From: Actinomycetota bacterium
GTDB lineage: Bacteria > Actinomycetota > Acidimicrobiia > Acidimicrobiales > CADCSY01
Assembly: GCA_016781135.1 (NCBI GenBank)
Contig: JADDQY010000090.1
Coordinates: 1-63,986, forward strand
Direction: 5' to 3'
Length of the DNA: 63,986 bases
The translations under genes were made by a program, and so were the position numbers. This document shows positions 57,784 to 63,986 of the stretch, piece by piece (positions within the stretch are counted from its first letter, which is position 1; every line of letters begins with the position of its first letter). Under the pieces are notes generated by a model that was not told the origin of the DNA, ran no database searches, and saw only the letters and a list, made by a program, of their open reading frames with translations.

Positions 57784-58422
57784 GTGACCCTGGTGGTGCT
57801 GCTGAGCACGGCGGCCTGTGGCGGGTCCGACGGTGGTGGCGACGGCGAGCGCACGGCGGCAAGCTCCACGACGTTGACCACGGCGGCCACCTCCACCTCC
57901 GAATCCACCCTTGGTGACGGCGGCGGCGGCGCCACCTCGTCCACCAGCTCCACCACGGCTGGTGACGGCTTCGAGGGGAGGACGACGCCGACCTCGGCTC
58001 CGGCCCCTTCCGGCACCGACGCCGCGCTGCTGTCGGCCGTGCGGGTCACCGGCGAACGAGGCTTCGACCGGGTGGTGTTCGAGTTCACCGACGACCAGCT
58101 TCCCGGCTACGACATCGCCTACCTCGACGGCCCCGCCCGCCAGGACGGGTCGGGCGAGGAGGTCCCCGTCGCCGGCGAGGCCCTGCTCGAGGTTCGCCTG
58201 GCCCCGGCGTCAGGCGTCAACCTGCTCGACGGCACCTTCGAGCAGACCTACACCGGGCCGGATCGGGTGCATGGCGACACCGGGGTGGTCACCGAGGTGG
58301 TCCGGATCGGCGACTTCGAGGCCAACCTCACCTGGGTCATCGGGCTCGACGACGAGGCCGCTTACCGGGTCGAGGTCCTCAGGGACCCACCCCGCATCGT
58401 GATCGACCTGGCCACCACCTGA
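57784..58422 (+). CDS. Lipoprotein with AMIN-like domain
   Basis: Lipobox TAAC, S/T linker, FDRVVFEF, GDFEA..TWVIG, PPRIVID. Confidence 0.82.
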   Translation: MTLVVLLSTAACGGSDGGGDGERTAASSTTLTTAATSTSESTLGDGGGGATSSTSSTTAGDGFEGRTTPTSAPAPSGTDAALLSAVRVTGERGFDRVVFEFTDDQLPGYDIAYLDGPARQDGSGEEVPVAGEALLEVRLAPASGVNLLDGTFEQTYTGPDRVHGDTGVVTEVVRIGDFEANLTWVIGLDDEAAYRVEVLRDPPRIVIDLATT

Positions 58423-58491
58423 CCCGACCGTGCCCGGCGCGGTGCCGGCGGCTCCGCTTTCCGAGCCGGCGAGTGCGCTCGCCGTTCACGG

Positions 58492-59571
58492 TCAGAGGCC
58501 GGAACCTCCGGTGAGGGAGGCGTAGCGCTCCAGGTAGCGCTCGGCCATGCGGTCGGTGGAGAGCTCCCGGGCACGGACGAGGCCGGCCGCCACCAGTGCC
58601 GGAGCCAGGTCAGGGTCTTCGAGCACCCGGTGCAGCGCCTGGCCGAGCGCCCGGGGGTCACCGGCGGGCACGAGCAGGGCCTCCCGGCCCGGTCTGGCCA
58701 CCGCCGCGTAGCCGGGGATGTCGCTGGCCACCACCGCCGTGCCCGCGGCCATGGCCTCGAGCAGCACCATCCCGAACGACTCGCCGCTCAGGCTCGGGGC
58801 GCACAGCACGTCGGCTCCGGCGAGGCGGCGGACCAGCTCGTCGTCGGCAACCCGCCCCAGCCAGCGCACCCGGATGTCGCCACGGCACGCCGCTCGCAGC
58901 CGCTCGGTCTCGGGGCCCTCCCCCACCACCCAGACCTGGGCGTCGACCGGCAGCTCGGGGAGGGCAGCGACGAGCACGGCGAGGCCCTTGCGGGGCTCGT
59001 GGCGGCCCACGAACAGCACCGTGGGCGCCTCCGCTGGCCACGGTTCGGCACCAGCGAAGCGAGCCTCGTCGACTCCGTTGGGCACCACGTCGTAGCACCC
59101 TCCCAGGTGGCGCCGAGCGAGGTCGGCGGCCTGCGCCGACACCGCGCAGCGCCGGGCGAGGCGCCGAGCCAGGCGGCCGAGCACGGGACCGGCCCAGCGG
59201 TACGAGGCGCTGGTGCCGGCAGCGTGGAAGGTGCCGAGCAGCGGGCGCGGGCCGGCCACCAGCGCGGCGAGGCACGGTCCCGGCACCAGAGGCTCGTGCA
59301 GGTGGACGACGTCCACGTCGGCCCGCGCCAGGGCCCGGATGGTGCGGGCCATGCTGGCCGGGCCGAGGGCGATCGGTGCGACCGAGCCATTGGCCGGCAG
59401 GGCCACGGAGCGGCCGACGGACGTCACCCCGACCGGGGCGTCACTGTCGCTCGGGCCCAAGACCTCGACCTCCTGGCCGAGTCGCCGCAATGCCCCGGCC
59501 AGTCCGAGGACCTGGCCCTGCACCCCACCGGGAACGCTGAGCGAGTACGCGCTCACCACGGCGACGCGCAC
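58492..59571 (-). CDS. GT4 glycosyltransferase, PimA-like
   Basis: YSLSVPGGVQ.QV, NGSVAP, HLHEP, RKG, GESFGMVLLEAMAAG. Confidence 0.88.
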   Translation of the reverse strand: MRVAVVSAYSLSVPGGVQGQVLGLAGALRRLGQEVEVLGPSDSDAPVGVTSVGRSVALPANGSVAPIALGPASMARTIRALARADVDVVHLHEPLVPGPCLAALVAGPRPLLGTFHAAGTSASYRWAGPVLGRLARRLARRCAVSAQAADLARRHLGGCYDVVPNGVDEARFAGAEPWPAEAPTVLFVGRHEPRKGLAVLVAALPELPVDAQVWVVGEGPETERLRAACRGDIRVRWLGRVADDELVRRLAGADVLCAPSLSGESFGMVLLEAMAAGTAVVASDIPGYAAVARPGREALLVPAGDPRALGQALHRVLEDPDLAPALVAAGLVRARELSTDRMAERYLERYASLTGGSGL

Positions 59572-59848
59572 GGTCAGGAGCGTTTCGGAGTAGACGTGGC
59601 GAGCACGGCGTTGCTCGCCGGGGCACACCGAGGAAGCAGATGTGGTGCGCACGGTCGGCGAGGAAGGACGCGGCGAGAGGCATCGACCGTCGGGGAGATG
59701 GGCACGGCCTCTTACTTCAGCACGTCCTGGGCGAGACGCCGGGAAGCTACGGCGACCGGGGCGGCGACGGGGCCGCTACTAGGCGCGGGATCGAGGAGGC
59801 GCTGGCCGGCCCAGCCCGCTCCAGGCTCCACGGCAGCGAAAGTGGACG

Positions 59849-60925
59849 TCAGCACCGGCGTGTCCGCGGGGTCGAGCGCCGGCCGATGCCGGTCACCAGC
59901 TCCCCCAGCCGCAGCCTGCCCCCGGCGTCGGGATCGAGGGGTGGCGTCTCCATGCCTGCCCCCTCCCTGATCCCCTCGAGCACCTCGCCCATGGCATCGA
60001 GCGCGCTGTGGGTGGGGCTCCATCCGAGTTCGGAGCGGGCCCTGGTGGTGTCCATGACCGGCAGGCTCAGGGCCAGGTCGACCAGCATCGGGCTCGCCGG
60101 CACCAGATGCAGCCGCCAGGCGGCGGCGACGGCGGTCCGCACCGGCCACACCGGCACCTTGACCGGTCGGGCGCCGAGGAGCTCACCGAGGGTGCGGGCG
60201 TCGATCACGGGATCGGCGGCGAGGTTGAACGCGCCCCGGACGGGCCGCAGGATGGCCAGCCGGTAGGCCTCGGCGGCGTCGCTCGAGTGCAGGGCCTGGA
60301 AGCGCAGCCCGGGGAGGTCGGGGACCACGGGCACCAGACCGGGGCGCACGAGCCGGTTGGGCAGGAGCGGACCGGCGAAGAGCCGGCGTTGCTCGGAGGC
60401 CGCCTGGCGCTTGAAGATGAAGCCCGGGCGCAACCGCACCACCCGGACCTCGGGATGAGCGAGCTCGAAGGCGTCGAGCACCCGCTCCAGGTAGGACTTC
60501 TCCCGGCCATAGGCGGCGTGGGGGAGCGCGTGCGTGGGCCAGGCCTCGTCGACCGGGCGGTCCTGGGGCCCGGGCGCGTAGGCGCCGACCGACGAGGCGT
60601 AGACCAACGCCGGGACCTCGGCGGCGACCACGGCATCGAACACGCGGATGCTTCCGAGGACGTTGGTGCGCCACGTCTCCAGCTGGTCATGGGTCGGCTG
60701 GAAGATCCACGCCAGGTGCACCACGACGTCGGCGCCCCGCAGGTGGGGCTCGAGGTCGTCGACGGAGACATCGACCTCGGCCCAGGTTGTCTTCGCCGGC
60801 TGCCACCTCGGTGCCCGACGAGCAAGGCCCACCACGGCCTCGACCTCGGGCTCAGCGGCAAGGGCCTCGATCAGGCTGGTACCAACGTTGCCCGTCGCCC
60901 CGACGATCACCACGCGCATGGTCAC
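59849..60925 (-). CDS. NAD-dependent epimerase/dehydratase
   Basis: VGATGNVG, VHLAW, ASSVGAY, YGREK. Confidence 0.9.
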   Translation of the reverse strand: MTMRVVIVGATGNVGTSLIEALAAEPEVEAVVGLARRAPRWQPAKTTWAEVDVSVDDLEPHLRGADVVVHLAWIFQPTHDQLETWRTNVLGSIRVFDAVVAAEVPALVYASSVGAYAPGPQDRPVDEAWPTHALPHAAYGREKSYLERVLDAFELAHPEVRVVRLRPGFIFKRQAASEQRRLFAGPLLPNRLVRPGLVPVVPDLPGLRFQALHSSDAAEAYRLAILRPVRGAFNLAADPVIDARTLGELLGARPVKVPVWPVRTAVAAAWRLHLVPASPMLVDLALSLPVMDTTRARSELGWSPTHSALDAMGEVLEGIREGAGMETPPLDPDAGGRLRLGELVTGIGRRSTPRTRRC

Positions 60926-61021
60926 CTCGCCCTCCTGTGCCGCATCGTCACGAACCCCTGACTACGACCAGTCTCGGCGCGTCGCCGGACCGGGACCACG
61001 ACCACCCGAGCGAGAGGGAGC

Positions 61022-61489
61022 TCATAACCGGGTGCCGACGAGCGCCCGCCTCGCCCGTCGCTCCGCCACGTGCTTCAGGCGCCGCAGCAACTCCTGGCTG
61101 CGCAGCCACAGCAGGCCCTCGAGTACCGGGTTCCATACCGCCGCCGCCGGCCCCTCGATGGCGTGCTCCTCGATATCGAAGTGGGTGCCGGTGCCCGTCT
61201 CCGAGGGTCGCAGCTCGAAGGCCACGCGGTTGACGGCGAAGGGGCGCATCTGGGCCCGAAGGACGAGCCGGCGGCCCTCGTCGAGCTCGACCACCCGGCT
61301 CAGGTCGTGCAGGATCAAAGGGCCGACGCCGAGGGTGTGGTGGAAGACGCTGCCGACCTCGGGCCACCTCGGGTCGAAGCCCCGGATCCGCTTGGTGCCG
61401 ACGGTGAACTGGGCGTAGGTACGAGGGTCGGAGAGGACGGTGAACACCACCTCCGGTGGGGCGGCGACCAAGGTCCGGTTGCGGGACAC
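61022..61489 (-). CDS. SRPBCC / polyketide-cyclase-like protein
   Basis: APPEVVF.VL.D...Y....VG...IR..D..WP.VG..FHH..G. Confidence 0.8.
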   Translation of the reverse strand: MSRNRTLVAAPPEVVFTVLSDPRTYAQFTVGTKRIRGFDPRWPEVGSVFHHTLGVGPLILHDLSRVVELDEGRRLVLRAQMRPFAVNRVAFELRPSETGTGTHFDIEEHAIEGPAAAVWNPVLEGLLWLRSQELLRRLKHVAERRARRALVGTRL

Positions 61490-61495
61490 GCCTGG

Positions 61496-62314
61496 CTACT
61501 CCCCCAGCACGGCACGGGCCAGCCGGTCGCGCAGGCGCTCGGGGACGACGGCTCCGGCCAGGGGGACGGCGGTGGCGCCGGGCCCCACCGGGTAGCGGGC
61601 ACGGGGACGCCCGGCGGTCAAGGCGGTGCCGATGACCTCGGCCACCACCGAGGGCGGGGCCATGTGCGGGCGGGCCGCCTGCAGGATCCGCAACGAGCGG
61701 TCGTAGGAGACCGGCGACGCCGAGGTCTGCCGCCGGCGGCGCAGCTCGTCGGCCGCCTTGTCCCAGATCGCGGTGCTCAAGGCCCCGGGCTCGACGAGCA
61801 CGACGTCGATCCCGTCGGCCCCCACCTCCCGGCGCAGGGCGTCGGTGACGGCCGACAGGCCGTGCTTGGACGCCTGGTACCAGCCGCTCATCGCCGCCGT
61901 GACCCGGGCGGCCACCGACGACACGTTCACGATCCGGCCCTCGCCCCGGCGCCGCATGGCTGGGACGGCCAGGGTGGCCAAGCGCATCGGTGACACCACC
62001 ATGGCGTCGAGCTGGAGCAGGGCGTCCTCGGCGGGAACGTCGACCACCTGGCCCAAGTTCATGTAGCCGGCGTTGTTCACCACCGCCCACGGCTCGAGCT
62101 CGCGCACCAGGGCCTCGCTGCGGGCGCCGTCGGTCACGTCGAGCACCGCCGTCTCCACGGGCACACCCGCCTCGCTGGCCGCCTTGGCCAGCAGCTCCGC
62201 CTTTTCGTCGGACCGGACGGTGCCGACGACACCGAAGCCGAGCCCGGCCAGGTGCAGAGCGGTCTCGAGGCCCACGCCGGAGTTGGCCCCGGTGACGAGG
62301 ACCGTGCGGAGCAT
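61496..62314 (-). CDS. SDR-family oxidoreductase
   Basis: TGANSGVG, NNAG, YQASK. Confidence 0.9.
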   Translation of the reverse strand: MLRTVLVTGANSGVGLETALHLAGLGFGVVGTVRSDEKAELLAKAASEAGVPVETAVLDVTDGARSEALVRELEPWAVVNNAGYMNLGQVVDVPAEDALLQLDAMVVSPMRLATLAVPAMRRRGEGRIVNVSSVAARVTAAMSGWYQASKHGLSAVTDALRREVGADGIDVVLVEPGALSTAIWDKAADELRRRRQTSASPVSYDRSLRILQAARPHMAPPSVVAEVIGTALTAGRPRARYPVGPGATAVPLAGAVVPERLRDRLARAVLGE

Positions 62315-62424
62315 GGCTGGCCTCTACCCCGGCCGATTGACGGCGATGCCGGGCGTCGGTCGCCCCGACGTTGCCACCCGGCGGCGAGGAGGTACACCTC
62401 GTGCATGACCCCCGGTTGCGGGAG

Positions 62425-63986
62425 ATGAGCGACCCCGAGGAGCGGCTCCGAACCTACCGGGCCAAGCGCGACTTCTCCATCACCGGCGAGCCCGCCGGCT
62501 CAGCGGCCCGCTCGCCATCCCGGCGCTTCGTGGTGCAGCGCCACCGGGCCCGGCGCCGCCACTACGACCTGCGCCTCGAGGTGGACGGGGTTCTGGCGAG
62601 CTGGGCGGTGCCCAAGGGGCCGACCCTCGACCCGGCGGCCAAGCAGTTGGCGGTCCACGTCGAGGACCACCCCATCGAGTACTTCAACTTCGAAGGGGTG
62701 ATCCCCAAGGGCCAGTACGGCGGTGGCGACGTCATCGTGTGGGACTGGGGGACGTGGCACCCGGTACGGACCGACGACCCGGCGCGAGCCATCGAACGGG
62801 GGGAGCTGCACTTCGACCTCGACGGCGAGAAGCTCGCCGGTCGCTTCGTGCTCGTCCGCCGCGACCGGGACCGGTCGGGCAAGGAGCAGTGGCTGCTGCT
62901 CCACAAGCACGACGACCACGCCCGAGCGGGGTGGGACCCCGAGGACCACCCCCGGTCGGTGAAGAGCGGACGCACCAACGACGAGGTCGCCGCCGCACCC
63001 GACGCGCTGTGGCGCAGCGACCTCCCTGCCGCCGACGCCGCCGTCAGGCTGGGGGGCCCGACACGGTCCTGGGACCCGACCACCCCCGAGGAGCTGTCGA
63101 TCCTCGACGAGCTGGGGGCGGGAGGTCGGTGGCTGTTCCAGGGCCACGAGGTGAAGCTGACCAACCTCGACAAGGTGCTGTTCCCGGCCAGAGACGGCGG
63201 TTCCCCGGTCACCAAGCGCGACCTCGTCCGCTACCACGCCACGGTCGCCCCCTACATGCTCCCGTACCTGGCCGATCGCCCGGTCAACATGCACCGCTAC
63301 CCCGATGGGGTCGAGCGCCCGGGCTTCTGGCACAAGGAGGTCCCGAGCCACGCGCCGGAGTGGCTCACCCGGTGGCGCAACGCGGAAGCCGACCCCGGAG
63401 AGACCGAGTGCTACGCGTCGTCGACAGCCTGCCCGCCCTCGTGTGGATGGCGAACTACGGCGCCGTGGAGCTGCACCCGTGGACGTCGCGCCTCCCCGAC
63501 GTGCACCAGCCCACTTGGGCCCTCATCGACATAGATCCCGGGGAGCGAACCAGCTTCGACGACGTCCTCGTGCTTGCCCGCCTGTACCGGGCCGCCCTCG
63601 AGCACCTGAAAGTGGCCGCCATGCCCAAGGTCACCGGCAAGCGGGGGGTGCAGATCTGGGTTCCCATCGCGCCGGACTACCGCTTCGACGACACCCGGGG
63701 TTGGGTCGAGCAGGTCTCGCGGGCGATCGGCCACACCGTCCCCGACCTGGTGAGCTGGGAGTGGCACAAGGACCGACGCAAGGGCCTGGCCCGTCTCGAC
63801 TTCACTCAGAACGCCATCAACAAGACGCTGGTCGCCCCCTTCAGCGCTCGGCCCGCGGCCGGTGCCCCGGTGTCGGTTCCCATCCGGTGGGACGAGCTCG
63901 ACGATCCCGACCTGAGCCCCGACCGGTGGACGATCGGCACCGTCCTCGACCGGCTGGAGGACGCCGGCGACCCTCTCGCCCCCCTC
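62425..63986 (+). CDS. ligD: LigD 3'-phosphoesterase plus polymerase (AEP) domains; frameshift near 63417; runs off window
   Basis: YRAKRDF.T.EP, FVVQRH, HYDLRLE, SWAVPKGP, HVEDHP. Then TNLDKVLFP, RYPDG, and in the shifted frame ELHPW, IDIDPG, KVTG.RG, D..QN..KTLVAPFS.R..PGAPVS.P. Confidence 0.9.

Overview
High-GC actinobacterial DNA; the core gene content and order suggest class Acidimicrobiia (inference). Positions 1 to about 16.4 kb look like an accessory island bounded on the right by the 3' end of a tRNA-Gly(GCC). Three 11-bp-spaced TGTGGGAC repeats beside the tRNA resemble integrase arm sites, and nested IS66/IS256 debris lies at the left edge of the window. The island carries a CO2-concentrating module: an alpha-carboxysome operon (form IA cbbL-cbbS, csoS2, csoSCA, csoS4A/B, a single csoS1, acRAF), a small McdB-like ORF ending in RVWPD with no adjacent mcdA, a coupled Nudix/ThiE-like fusion, an sbtA remnant, a frameshifted wHTH regulator, a frameshifted P-II-like gene, and an intact dabBA inorganic-carbon pump. 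The most unusual feature is csoS2: a diverged tandem duplication of the cbbS-end/csoS2-start junction gives a stand-alone 146-aa ORF with only Rubisco-binding-type motifs, followed by an 877-aa CsoS2 with six N-terminal motifs. The rest (16.5-64 kb) is mostly core genome: fpg-like, Met biosynthesis, F420 LLM oxidoreductase, N6-adenine methyltransferase, DEAD-box helicase, a PAP2/kinase/flippase-like membrane cluster, modABC, secDF-yajC, ruvCAB, yebC, pdxST, a galactose/GH2 cluster, htpX-lemA, an LPXTG protein, a PimA-like glycosyltransferase and ligD. Three genes appear to start at CTG. Several frameshifts may be real decay or sequencing error; the sequence alone cannot separate the two.
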